Below, in pieces: positions 41,901-52,018 of a stretch of 64,000 nt of DNA. The number at the start of each line of letters is the position of its first letter. Within the stretch, counting starts at the first letter, position 1. The stretch covers positions 10,230,001-10,294,000 of the forward strand of contig CM022679.1 of the NCBI GenBank assembly GCA_012295275.1, in the 5' to 3' direction. The position numbers and the translations under genes are program-made. The stretch is from Chrysomallon squamiferum (Eukaryota; Animalia; Mollusca). The notes below the pieces were generated by a model. It was not told the origin of the DNA. It saw only the letters and a program-made list of their open reading frames with translations, and made no database searches.

Positions 41901-43050
41901 TGACAAGAGGAGAATTGCAATAGAAGATGAATCAGCTTATGTTAACTATTGTATAGAAGAGAAATTTGCCAAATGAAATTTTCATTTCGTAATACTCTCT
42001 TTTTTCATTTATGAGTACGTTTAGGAATATTTTCAAAGAGTTTTGTTTTGTAATTCAAAAGAATTATCAGTACATTTATGAATATTTTCAAAGAGTTTTG
42101 TTTTGTAATTCAATAAAATTATGAGTACATTTAGGAATAGTTTCAAAGAGTTTCATTTTGTAATTCAATAAAATTATGAGTACATTTAGGAATAGTTTCA
42201 AAGAGTTTCATTTTGTAATTCCAAAAAATTACAGTCTCTGTGTATTAAAAGACAATAAATGAATAGCTAGAGGTATAAAATTGAGTCAGCTGTACATTTA
42301 AACATCTAGGTTTTTTTGTATGTTATGTTTCATGTGAATACTTTGATTATTAGGAGGCTTTTTTTTGAAAAAAACTAAATGTTGGTGTGCACAGATTTTG
42401 AAATTGTTACAGAAATAAAAAGAAAAAGAAAAACTATCCTTCCCCACCATTAAAAAAAATAAATTTCGAATAGAAATTATATCAAGAATTTTATTTTCAT
42501 ACTTCCTAAACATTAAACATCAGATATTTAAAAACATTTTATCTTCTTTATAAAAACTAAAAAATGCTCACAAAGTATTCATTTAACACAACTGAAGCAA
42601 CAGAACTTTTTCTTGAGATATTAATTCTAAATATTCTAAATATCTTACCATTCTCGTAATGAACAATGAAAACAATGGCAGTAGCTGCCGAGGTCCAACT
42701 TACCACAATTAATGCAACAAAATACATCCAGTCCCAGAAGGAATGAGCATCTTGAACATAGTACATTATGTTCACCCAGCTTTCTAAACTAATAACCTGA
42801 AAGGCAAAAAACATATTTACTTTTATTAGTCTCGTGTATTGGTATCTTTATTATAATTACAGTAATGATAATTTTAATGAAAATGATAATAGTAACAATA
42901 ATATAAAAATAATATAATAATAATGATGATGATGATGATGATGGAATGATTATTATGATTATAAAAATAATCATAAGAGTGATGACTGTTATTATTACTG
43001 TAATAATAAAGATGATGATGATAAAATATTAACAACAACAACAATAATAC

Positions 43051-43096
<46 letters not shown>

Positions 43097-45064
43097 AATG
43101 ATAATAATAATAATATTAAATTGTAATTATTCTACCAATATTCACAATTAGAAAGAAAAACAAATGTTTTATTTTAGAATAGATTCAACACATTTTAAAT
43201 CTACAACCATATGGCATCATATATATTCTTAAGGACCACATAGATGACAAGAAAGGAAGCCCACTAAAACTACATTTTAGCAGTAAGAAATCTTTTTGCA
43301 TTCACCTACCCATAGGCAGTACAGTATATAAAAATACAATAGGCTGGAAAGGGAAATAAATATTCCAACAGGAATATCAAGAGGGAAATCAGATGGGAAA
43401 ACTATTTCTAAAAATACTTTTATCTCCAGCACCTGTCTTGGAATTCATGATGTAAAAAATAAAATAAAATTAAATGTTCTGTTTTATCATGGAATTCCAG
43501 TTTTAAAAATGCCAAAGCTAATGATTATCTTAATTTCTTGTTTTATTGTGTTGAAATATTTATTTTGTAAAAGATTCTGCTAGAATTCTTTCAGTGAGAA
43601 ATGTGAAACATCTGATAAACAAATAATTTCATATTCCTCCCCAAAACTAATTTCATTGACAATATCAGCATGATTCTGCAGCAGAGAATAAAATATTTAA
43701 TAAAGTCTTCTCTAACTGCCTGGCATTAATGTTTATTTTTTTTTCATTTGACTGTAAAATATGTGAAAGGTTTTATCTAAACAATTTATTTTAACATTTA
43801 GAAGTACAATTCAGAGTTAAAAATAAAATATACGCCCTTCCAAGGTATTTCAGACTCTTAGAAAAAAATGATGGTAATGTATATTTAATACCTTACTATT
43901 TCAGACTATTTCTAAAGTATTTTAAAACTTTGATATATAGATATTTCTCTTTCAACACTTTTTCATTATTATTTCCATAATATTCAACACTTTTTCATTA
44001 TTATTTCCATAATATTCAACACTTTTTCATTATTATTTCCATAATATTCAACACTTTTTCATTATTATTTCCATAATATTCAACACATTTTTATTATTAT
44101 TATTTTAACACCTTTCCATTATCATCTGCAATATAATACTTTTTTAACATTATGGCCATAATTTCTAATATATCACTTTTTCGACATATTTCCATTATTA
44201 TATTATTTTAACATATTTTCCATTACCATTTCAAATCTATTACCATTTTAACATACATTCTACAGTATCCAACACATTACTGTTTTAATTATTACATTAC
44301 TTCAACAAATTTTCCATTGCTGTCATTTCCAATGTATTACCTGAAAAATTGCTACCCATGCTAATCCTATATTATCAAATGAAATGGCGCCAAGGAAAGG
44401 ATTTTTGTCCCCAGCTTCGCATTTTGTATAATACTGGTTCCAGTTAACACAAGAATGGTTAGTGGGAGAATTATTGCTAAACTCCTTGGCACTGTCATTG
44501 CATTTGATTCCATCGTGAACGTAGAGCGGCAGATCGGAGCATGTCATCATGCCAGCTTCACCAGGTTTGCTACATATATAATCATATTTCCGCGGCTTGT
44601 AAAATGGAGGCAGGTTACTGAAAAAGATGAAATATCTTTACGTATCTCACACATGTATATATATATATATATTAGACATAACAGACTGGTTTTTAAGACA
44701 TATACAGGGTTGTAATTGTATCGGGTTTTTTTTAAAGTGAAATTGGAAGACTATTTTCAGATATTATTTTACACCTAGATTTATTCCACCACATATGTGC
44801 CATTTTATTTCCACTACTTTTTGCCATCTTTGATGCAGTTTCAAGAATCCATCATCCCAGAACTTGGCATCTTTCACTTGGCATGATGAACAGGTTTATA
44901 AATGTTATAAAATGTTTGTTCCAACCTAATGTTGTTGTTATTTAAAGTAAATTATAAACATGAAATCCTTTGAAAAATCTAATTTTAACATAAAAACTTC
45001 CACATTTGTTATTGCATTATCAATATTGTTATATACATATATATATATTTTTTTTTTATTTATG

Positions 45065-45109
<45 letters not shown>

Positions 45110-46006
45110 CTTCTTTTAAAATACAACTTACTTTTGGCTAATGTTTGGTGGTAACTGTAGAAAACACCTGTTGCGTAAAATACCAGCCCACAACTGTACT
45201 CCAATGATTCCGAATATAAAAAACACAAAGAAACACAACAACAACACATTACCCAACATGGGCAGAGTGTCAAGAAGTAACATCACCAGAATTCTCATAC
45301 CTGAAAAAAAAAAAAAATTATTTTAAAAAAAAAATATATAAAATTTTAAAATGAAAAAAAATATGTTTAAATTATTGATTAAGAAAAAGGAAAAGAAAAA
45401 ATTAAAATTAAATACTTTAAAAATTTATTTTAAAAATTCAAAACTGTATTAATATCAAGATCTGTTTTGTTCAACTTTCTATAAAAATATACAACATGGA
45501 CTTTTGAGTACTGTTTAGAATGGGAAATAGATTAATTTTATAAAGCTGACACAACAAATTATTGCTGAGGGTAATTTTATTTTTAATTTTAAGTACTTTA
45601 TAATCTTTTCAGTACTTCATTGTCTGAAGACAAATATAACTTTGTACTGATCATGTACAGCAATATAATTTTGTGTGGTAAAGAAGGAAGAAACACATTT
45701 TATTTATGCACAACTGGACATAATTATAATGACAGACCACTTAGGAAATCTGCTGTCACTTGTTGAGCTACTTTTTCAGGAAAGGAATTTGCTATAAGCA
45801 CCATCTCACAAACAGGATAATACCTATGTTTTATCAGTTCTGGAGCACTGGCTGGAATGAGAAAAAGCTCATTGGCTCTACCAGTCATGGGTTTTAAATA
45901 AAACTTACTAGGTATTCTATTTATCGCCCTGAGGGGACGCAGTACGCGTATTGTTCGAATGGCTGATATGCTGATATTTTCTGTGTCAATCCCATATTCT
46001 ACAGCT
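90..46006 (-). CDS. Cav3: Voltage-gated T-type calcium channel alpha-1 subunit (Cav3), partial multi-exon gene from DI S3 to DIV S5; both ends lie outside the window
   Basis: 27 exons with GT-AG boundaries and matching phases. Four S4 voltage sensors: [46 protein letters not shown]. Pore motifs ISLESW, TQEDW and SKDGW. Cav3-specific motifs [18 protein letters not shown] and DCNG. Confidence 0.98.
590..843. repeat. Degenerate GT-rich / GAATGCATGT tandem repeat
   Basis: Recurrent 'gtgtgtytgaatgcatgtgc' units next to the DIV S3-S4 exon donor. Confidence 0.75.
844..974 (-). CDS. Cav3: Cav3 exon, DIV S3-S4 (131 bp)
   Basis: [43 protein letters not shown]; weak gag|gttcag donor. Confidence 0.96.
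1400..1509 (-). CDS. Cav3: Cav3 exon, DIV S2 (110 bp)
   Basis: [36 protein letters not shown]; cag|gtaagt donor. Confidence 0.96.
1910..2061 (-). CDS. Cav3: Cav3 exon, DIV S1 (152 bp)
   Basis: [50 protein letters not shown]; aag|gtaaga donor. Confidence 0.97.
7237..7429 (-). CDS. Cav3: Cav3 exon, DIII S6 and III-IV linker (193 bp; 25c-type extension to 7213)
   Basis: [64 protein letters not shown]; aga|gtgagg donor, phase 1. Confidence 0.95.
7390..7745 (-). repeat. Diverged tandem duplications (about 45-75 bp) of an exon start plus its 3' splice site
   Basis: Plus-strand 'aggctgaaat'-type acceptor copies at 7430 (authentic), 7484, 7527, 7591, 7666 and 7740; most are preceded by 'tctcccttcattgta...ttcaa' resembling the exon start. 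Confidence 0.85.
7846..7935 (-). CDS. Cav3: Cav3 exon, DIII pore (90 bp)
   Basis: [30 protein letters not shown]; the filter aspartate is diagnostic of Cav3. Confidence 0.97.
8224..8650 (-). repeat. 41-bp minisatellite built from an exon end plus its 5' splice site
   Basis: Unit ctgtccaagattgtcaaagttgtatttaaaatgaaatttac; donor AC at 8251, 8294, 8335, 8376, 8417, 8458, 8499, 8540, 8581 and 8622. Confidence 0.97.
8624..8752 (-). CDS. Cav3: Cav3 exon, DIII turret (129 bp)
   Basis: [43 protein letters not shown]; cag|gtaaat donor. Confidence 0.96.
9255..9381 (-). CDS. Cav3: Cav3 exon, DIII S5 (127 bp)
   Basis: [42 protein letters not shown]. Confidence 0.97.
10177..10361 (-). CDS. Cav3: Cav3 exon, DIII S3-S4 (185 bp)
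   Basis: [61 protein letters not shown]. Confidence 0.97.
10918..10986 (-). CDS. Cav3: Cav3 exon, DIII S2 (69 bp)
   Basis: [23 protein letters not shown]; weak aaa|gtttgt donor; phase 0-0. Confidence 0.93.
11369..11492 (-). CDS. Cav3: Cav3 exon, DIII S1 (124 bp)
   Basis: [41 protein letters not shown]; gtgagc donor. Confidence 0.96.
11972..12060 (-). CDS. Cav3: Cav3 exon, pre-DIII (89 bp)
   Basis: [29 protein letters not shown]; cag|gtaagt donor. Confidence 0.93.
12624..12942 (-). CDS. Cav3: Cav3 exon, II-III linker (319 bp)
   Basis: [21 protein letters not shown]...[13 protein letters not shown]; DCNG motif; phase 2 to 0. Confidence 0.9.
14213..14463 (-). CDS. Cav3: Cav3 exon, II-III linker, Ser/Arg-rich (251 bp)
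   Basis: [33 protein letters not shown]...[10 protein letters not shown]; donor aag|gtgtga chosen because it gives the phase 2 needed by the next exon. Confidence 0.88.
15061..15314 (-). CDS. Cav3: Cav3 exon, II-III linker (254 bp)
   Basis: [13 protein letters not shown]...[22 protein letters not shown]...DSDRTS; contains the Cav3-type IITHTAATP motif; gtaaga donor. Confidence 0.92.
15697..15838 (-). CDS. Cav3: Cav3 exon, proximal II-III linker, charged (142 bp; possible extension to 15676)
   Basis: [47 protein letters not shown]; phase 0 to 1, bridging the neighbouring exons. Confidence 0.88.
16181..16336 (-). CDS. Cav3: Cav3 exon, DII pore and S6 (156 bp)
   Basis: [52 protein letters not shown]; gtgagt donor. 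Confidence 0.97.
17567..17878. repeat. Three tandem copies of a ~104-bp unit containing (TAAA)n
   Basis: acagtgatcagaattgcttttaac-(taaa)n-atgtttatgaaagaaaaatcaatgtattattatatttttt repeated three times. Confidence 0.92.
18379..18532 (-). CDS. Cav3: Cav3 mutually exclusive DII turret exon 12b (154 bp, five Cys)
   Basis: [51 protein letters not shown]; C...CxC...CxC pattern; phase 2 to 0; CTAAC branch-point match at 18553-18557. Confidence 0.94.
20849..20963 (-). CDS. Cav3: Cav3 mutually exclusive DII turret exon 12a (115 bp, three Cys)
   Basis: [38 protein letters not shown]; CxxC...C pattern; phase 2 to 0; weak cag|gtacag donor. Confidence 0.93.
22393..22578 (-). CDS. Cav3: Cav3 exon, DII S4-S5 (186 bp)
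   Basis: [61 protein letters not shown]; ends in phase 2. Confidence 0.97.
23392..23543 (-). CDS. Cav3: Cav3 exon, DII S2-S3 (152 bp)
   Basis: [50 protein letters not shown]. Confidence 0.96.
23950..24071 (-). CDS. Cav3: Cav3 exon, DII S1 (122 bp)
   Basis: [40 protein letters not shown]; cag|gttagt donor. Confidence 0.95.
24205..24350. repeat. ~32-bp minisatellite, 4-5 copies
   Basis: Unit aaaacagggaattttaataataattgttatgt. Confidence 0.88.
27220..27860. repeat. ~36-42-bp minisatellite, about 15 copies
   Basis: Unit gcagtgaaacacacag(ttag)atagaaaaagaaaactcgcgt; explains the ORFs at 27295-27936. Confidence 0.95.
31620..31814 (-). CDS. Cav3: Cav3 exon, distal I-II linker (195 bp, or 183 bp with the acceptor at 31802)
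   Basis: Higher-GC island in AT-rich intron. Phase 1-1 open frame (GLFA)[61 protein letters not shown]; ctg|gttagt donor; fits flanking phases. Confidence 0.85.
33535..33825. repeat. (TA)n/(TACATA)n microsatellite, representative of many SSRs in the window
   Basis: Others include (AAT)n 2208-2300, 29960-30040, 31292-31570, 37344-37475; (CA/TG)n 30157-30207, 41830-41894, 48598-48685, 57498-57547; (TAAA)n 20000-20130; A32 at 1-30. Confidence 0.95.
35620..35900. repeat. Degenerate ~28-30-bp minisatellite
   Basis: Alternating tgtggttacaattttctttctaaatatc and tgtggttacaaatttcctttctgatttt units. Confidence 0.85.
39105..39930 (-). CDS. Cav3: Cav3 exon, DI S6, gating brake and I-II linker (equivalent to exon 8a+8b, 826 bp)
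   Basis: [25 protein letters not shown]...[11 protein letters not shown]...APRASPE...VVDK; within ORF 39061..39939; aag|gtaagt donor, phase 1. Confidence 0.95.
40525..40860 (-). mobile_element. Degenerate dispersed repeat copy (SINE-like), with related fragments near 43160-43360 and 45680-45885
   Basis: Motifs shared pairwise in the same order among the three loci (acacatttta, gaccac, tttagcagtaaga, acagga, ggctggaa); (TGAA)n run at one end resembles a retroposon tail. Family assignment is inference. Confidence 0.45.
42008..42225. repeat. 55-bp tandem repeat, about 4 copies
   Basis: Unit ttatgagtacatttaggaatagtttcaaagagtttcattttgtaattcaataaaa. Confidence 0.92.
42704..42796 (-). CDS. Cav3: Cav3 exon, DI pore loop and start of S6 (93 bp)
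   Basis: [31 protein letters not shown]; filter glutamate present; gtaagt donor. Confidence 0.96.
43950..44120. repeat. 32-bp tandem repeat, about 5 copies, with a degenerate tail to ~44320
   Basis: Unit ttcaacactttttcattattatttccataata. Confidence 0.92.
44341..44617 (-). CDS. Cav3: Cav3 exon, DI Cys-rich extracellular turret (277 bp)
   Basis: [26 protein letters not shown]...[37 protein letters not shown]; phase 2 to 0. Confidence 0.96.
45132..45300 (-). CDS. Cav3: Cav3 exon, DI S4-S5 linker and S5 (169 bp)
   Basis: [55 protein letters not shown]; poly-T/cag acceptor, gtaagt donor. Confidence 0.96.
45909..46006 (-). CDS. Cav3: Cav3 exon, DI S3-S4 (98 bp)
   Basis: Translates [32 protein letters not shown]; tttcag acceptor, gtaagt donor; not in the ORF track. 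Confidence 0.96.
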
Positions 46007-46654
46007 CTGAAAGAAAAGAAAAAACTTTAACAAAAAACTTTATAATATTCCCTTTTAAATTTAAAAAAAATAAAATAAAAAAAAAATTTATTTTCGTTTT
46101 ATGATGTTCACATAACCAGCTTGTTATAGCTATTATATTAAAGTTTTGTTAGATAAGTAAGTAAGTAAATAAGTAAATAAATAAATAAGTAAATAAATAA
46201 ATAAAAAATAAATAAAAGGAAAAAATAATAATAATACAAATAATGATTAAATGAAATAATAATAAATTATAATAAAAAAAAAAAAAAAAAAAAAAAAAAA
46301 TAATCACAATTTCATGCAAACATTTTTATTAAAATTAACTAAAATAAATTTGCATTATCTATTTGTTAATTACAGCTATTATTATGCACTAAGTAAATAA
46401 TTTATAATTAAAAAAAATCTGATTTTAATTACTTCAGTATTTATTATTAATCTATAGCAATAATAATAATTTAAATCTTTTTTCTTTTTGTTATTAATTA
46501 GAAATTTTAACAACATGCATAGATATTAGTTGTCATGCATAGATTATACATGTCTGAGAATGCATTTCAAAGCATATATAGATAATTTGCCAACATTTCA
46601 AAACAGAAAATATATATATATATGTGTGTGTGTTTGAGTGCAACTTTGAGTATA

Positions 46655-46692
<38 letters not shown>

Positions 46693-48126
46693 CAGATTAC
46701 AGTACATAAAGACACTTGTTAATTTATAACAAAGAAAGAAATGAAAGCTCACTTATAATTTCCTATTGTGACTGAGAAAATAATTTTTTAAATTGTCATT
46801 AAAAATATATTGTTTCTTAGATGTTACAAATATCCATTAAGATAACATGTTATCAGAATTTTTAACTAATAAAATAAGATTTTATCAGAATCTTTAAATA
46901 GTTGTCTATAATTTTTTTTTTTTTTTTTAAATTCATATTACAATTTAATACTTGTTTCAACCAATTCTCGACATGTACATTTCTGTAATTCTTTGAGATT
47001 TTCAAAAATTACACTTTAAATTATCTACTATTTTGCTTGACAGTTATTTTTTTAAATTAAAATATCTATTAATTTTAATTAATTTTTTTTTTATCAGAAG
47101 AATTATTTATATATTTATAATAACGGTGGTTTGCTGTTTAGAATATAGCACAAGTGCATTCAGCTAAGCTGTGATGTAAGAATGTTTATATAATTGTTTT
47201 TGTCAGTTTATTTTTTAAAATACTATTTAAACATAATGAGTAAGTGATGACAGTTTACAAATTTTGTTGTATCTTTTTCTTCAGAGACTTTGTTCATTTT
47301 ATCATTCTGTCTATTTCACTGTTATCAAAAGTATAAAAGAATCTGAAAATGCAATATGAAAAATGTCTGAAAATAAATAAAATACCTGTTTTGATTGACA
47401 ATAAAACAAAGAATTTCTTAAATTAAAAATTTATCACATTTTCAAAAGATAACAAATTAAATAGAAGAGGTTTTCGCATCCTGTTCAAAAATGAGGAAAA
47501 AAATAAAATAAAATATGTTTTGCTTGGATTAAACTAAAGATTGGAATTTAATGAATTACATCAGATGTTGTTGATATATTTATTCTGTTTGATTTGATTT
47601 CATTGCTTTTTCTTTTCATTTTATTATAATTTTTATATTAGTATTTAATTTATGTTATACAATAATAATATAATAATAATAAAATATAATAATAGATTTA
47701 CACATTTCTGAATAATTAAAACTTTCATTCACCTTTTTCATAAATTCTTTTTTGTAAAATGTACATTTCAAATGTAGTTTTTGTAAAAAAAAACTTTCAA
47801 AAATAAATACGTTTTATAATTTTATTTATTTATTTATATTTTTAAATATTTATTTATTTTATTTTATATTTATTTATTTATTTATTTATTTTTGATAAAC
47901 TATTTTATTTTTTTTATTTTATTTAATTTTCCACAATCATTTTGATTAATTTCATGTTTCAAAGATGTATAACTGAAAAACTTTATCAGCAGTTAGTCAG
48001 TTTTGATAATAAATAATATCCAATGATTTTTTTTTTTTTTTTTTTTTATAAATAATAAGCTGGAAAATCAGACATGCATCATTAAGCAAACATGCAGTTG
48101 CATAATGGCAATAATATTTGTAAATT

Positions 48127-48160
<34 letters not shown>

Positions 48161-48596
48161 AAGAAAATTCATGCATGCAAGTTGTTGTCATGGCAACAAG
48201 AAACAAAAACAACGAAGCGTAGAGTAAAAGGCTTTTGTAATCAGCTGAATGTAATCCTTTGAAATAAATAAATTAAAAATAAATCCTTTATTAATATATT
48301 TTTTTAAAAATTAATTTACTTTGGCTATCTATAGTATCAGTTTTTGATGAGATTTTGAACACTATTGTACATTTGATAACATGTAACATTAGTTTAGGAA
48401 CTGCTGTAAAGGTTTTGTCATTCTTAATTTATACTATTATTATTGTTACTGCTGTTGTTGTTTTTGGATTTCATGGAACTTGACAGAATATTGTCATACC
48501 ATTCTTTTTGGGTATAAAATCCTTGGGTATTAAATTTGAATATGCATAAAACTTAAATAAGATTATTTTTATTGTTTTATGTCCTGTTTCTTCACC

Positions 48597-48685
<89 letters not shown>

Positions 48686-50937
48686 CACACACAAACACAA
48701 ATGCACATGCAGCCTCAGACACTTTAACAGTCACAACACAGGTTCATTTCATCATTTGTTTTTGTTTTTTTCCCATTTTCATTATTTTTCTTTTCTTCTT
48801 TTTCCTTGAACAGACATAGTCCAATTATTCTTTTCTCTTGACTAATCTCACCTCAATACTTTCCAGTGTTTCAAAAATGCATTCATCACAGATAACAATA
48901 AAAGAACGAGTTCAGTTTGTTTAAAATTTATATGTAAATAACCCAAGGAAAAAATTAAAACCTAATTCAATGACAAGATCTCAATTGATTTCTGCATTTG
49001 ACTTTAAACCCCCCTAAAAATAATTTTTTTTTTTTAAATACCCCCCCACAGCATTAAATTCTCAAAGTTTATTATTGCAGAAATATTTCACTGCATGTTG
49101 TAAATAATAAATCTTTCAGTTGGCAAACAAAAATCAATTTACTGTTAATACGAGAAAATAAAAAAATAAAATAAAAAAAGTGTAGGGGTTTATATAACAT
49201 GCTTTTGTCATTGAGAGCCTTCGTAAGCTGAAATCAAAAGCTTTTAAAAACAAGGAATCAAACTGTTGTCAAAGATTAGTCTACGAACATGTTGTGATAA
49301 CAGTTTCAAAGAAAGTCGCTAACTTTCAACATCAGCCATTTTTCGTTTCTGCAGACTGAAGTTCATAATAGCCTGTTATAGCAATGCTTTGTGCATATAA
49401 TCAAGCATGATGAATGTTTGGTGTTTGAACGTGAAAACAGCCTGAAAGGAGGCAAAGTGCAGGCTTATTTGATACACTGTATTGGCAGTATTTTGCTCAA
49501 GTCAAAATGATTTCATTCTGTCTGATGAAACAGATTGGCAAAGCAGAATCAATTTATTTTGTTAACCATGAAGAGTGCACTTTTGATACATTGCAGAGTA
49601 CTGAGGTGAACAACGAGGAAATTAGATTTGAACGAACTGAAAAAAATTGTGTGTCGTATTTACTAATAGATAAATAACTAACTTTTTTTACAGATAAAAA
49701 AAAATTAATAAAAAAAAAAAAAAAACATTTGTACAGATAAATAACTCAATTTGTATTGATAAATAAATTAACAAAAAAGGAAATGTTTAGTGATAAAAAA
49801 AAAATAAATAAGAAATAAGAAAATAAAATTCACAGGCAGATCGATAAAAATAAATTAAAAAAATTGTAAGTAAATTTCAAAAATAATCAAAATAAATAAT
49901 CTTAAGTACTCACTTTAAAAATAAAGAAATGAAAAAAAAAAAAAAAAATAAAATAAAATAAATAAAATAAAATAATAATAAAAATAAATAATAAAAAAAT
50001 AAAAAATCATACTCATGGAATGACTAATAAACAACAACACAAAACATAAGATCTAATTGTTCAAAATGTTCTTGTTATTAAATGATCAACTACATATTGG
50101 ACCTCACTAATCCAGCATTCACTATAGACAGGCCATTTCGATGGTCTGAGCAATGATTTGAATCTTGTGGTAATTTGTTTGCATAAACACTGCATGTCAA
50201 GCTGTTGGCATCACAAACTTCCAATGCTGCCAGAGTTTATTTATCGTGGCTGATACAGAAGTACAGCTATTCCATTTTTCAATAGCATTTTAAGCTTAAA
50301 AATATAACCAACAAGTTTTGATAATGCAACAAAATGGAAAACATGCGACATTAACACTATTACAAAAGGTGTCAAAACTGAAAAAGATTAGGACTATCAC
50401 TTTAGTCATGAAAAAGTCCAGTAAAGCTGAACCAGATTTATGTCTGAATAAGTTATATCAGTATCAGTAATTCAGTATAGTATTCTGTCTTTTATTATAT
50501 ATATATTTTTTTTGACTTTAAGCTACAGAGATTCAAATAATCCACAACACTGGGGGCAACTGTCTGGTCTCAGGCTTGCTGGATTGGTGATTTTCAACCT
50601 GTAATGGTAAGTAATGCGATCTACTGATAATGGTCAACCTTTACGCCCAGTAAAACTAAGTTAGCCGCGGTGTGTGACTGAGTAATTTGGACAGCTGTAT
50701 TAAAAAGCCACAAGGGAACTGCCTCAGTGCTTGTCTCTTCACTGAATGGTCTTTAATGTAGTGCAGAGATTTACTGTCATTTACCATCAGAGTTAATCAA
50801 ACAGCTAGTGGTCTAGTGGTCTGTTTACGGCTCATTTCTGTGAGATGTCTTTCCATGGGCTCGTTTGTTACAGTGGAAGATTTCCCATCTTTCTTCAGTC
50901 ATCTTGTATACTGGTAGTTTGTTGAAAAGGAAGAATG

Positions 50938-51112
50938 TTTAGGTTTGTGAATGCTGAATGCTGGATGGTGAATGGTGAATTTAAAATAAATGGTCATCCT
51001 TTTTGCATTATTCAACATTGTTTTGTCAGATTTAGGTTTGTGAAAGCTGAATGCTGGATTGTGAATTGAATAAAAGGGCCATTCTTTTTTGCATTTTTCA
51101 ACATTGTTTTTT
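50938..51112. repeat. ~93-bp direct duplication
   Basis: tttaggtttgtgaa(t/a)gctgaatgctggat...ttttttgcatt...caacattgtttt occurs twice. Confidence 0.85.
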
Positions 51113-51310
51113 AGAAAGGATTAAATGCTATTTTTGTTTGTTTAATTAAAGTAGAATTCTGAAATAGAATGATGATCTTTACATGTTGCAAATAGTAAAA
51201 TATTAAGACATAGTCATTTGGTATGTTTTTTCAACATTATTTTGACAGAATGAATGAAAGTTTGATTTCTTAATAATTCTGTCTTCTTATTTTAGATCAT
51301 GCATTTATGA

Positions 51311-52018
51311 TGGATGGAAAAAAGTCACAGGAAAACAATCACAGAAAAAAATGTCACAATTTAGTATGGGAAAAGAATCACAGGAAAAAGTCACAAAATG
51401 TATGCATTTGCAGAGTATTGAATGTGGCATCATAGTATGCATGGGGTAATTGTTTAGCTTATTGATTAGGCAAGATTAAAGAAAGAGGCTTCATATTGTG
51501 CAGGGGTGATGACTTGTTACACTTATTAATTAGGATCAGTGAGGCAGGATTAGGTTTTGCTTACTGATCAGGATAGATTTAAACTAAGGGCTTCCTGTTG
51601 TAAATGATTTATAAAATGTCCCAGGTTAAAATGTGTTTCACTATATATTCTCCAGCTTGCTCTGGTATCAGAAGTATGTTTGATATGGAAGTTATTCATA
51701 GCAGGTAACAAAATCTGTTACGAGGGTTCATGTATATCAAACATGCAACTCGCAAAACAAAGTTGTGGTGGAAATGTGTCAGAAGATCTAGTTTTTATTG
51801 GCAGAATTTCTTCGTGATATTGGGTGGAACATCTGCCTAAACCACTAACATTAAAATCAAAGAACATTAACAACAAAAAACTCTGACAAAATGTGTTTAA
51901 TCTATCTTTCATTGCTAATATATTTCTTAATAAAAAATTGTGACTTTGTTACTTGTGTTTTATTTTTCTGTGACTTTTTTCCTGTGACTTTTTTTGCTGT
52001 GACTTTTTTCCTAGAATT
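51311..52018. mobile_element. Non-autonomous DNA transposon (MITE), Mutator/Foldback-like
   Basis: Left end has reiterated GGAAAAAAGTCACA and right end reiterated TGTGACTTTTTTCC, forming inverted termini. Flanks GCATTTATGA (51301-51310) and GCTTTTATGA (52019-52028) are a 9/10 match as a target-site duplication. No transposase ORF. Confidence 0.75.

Noticed and set aside
40525-45885. Species identification from the dispersed SINE-like fragments
   Set aside because: They recall a gastropod repeat from memory, but the copies are too decayed to support a taxon call without a database search.
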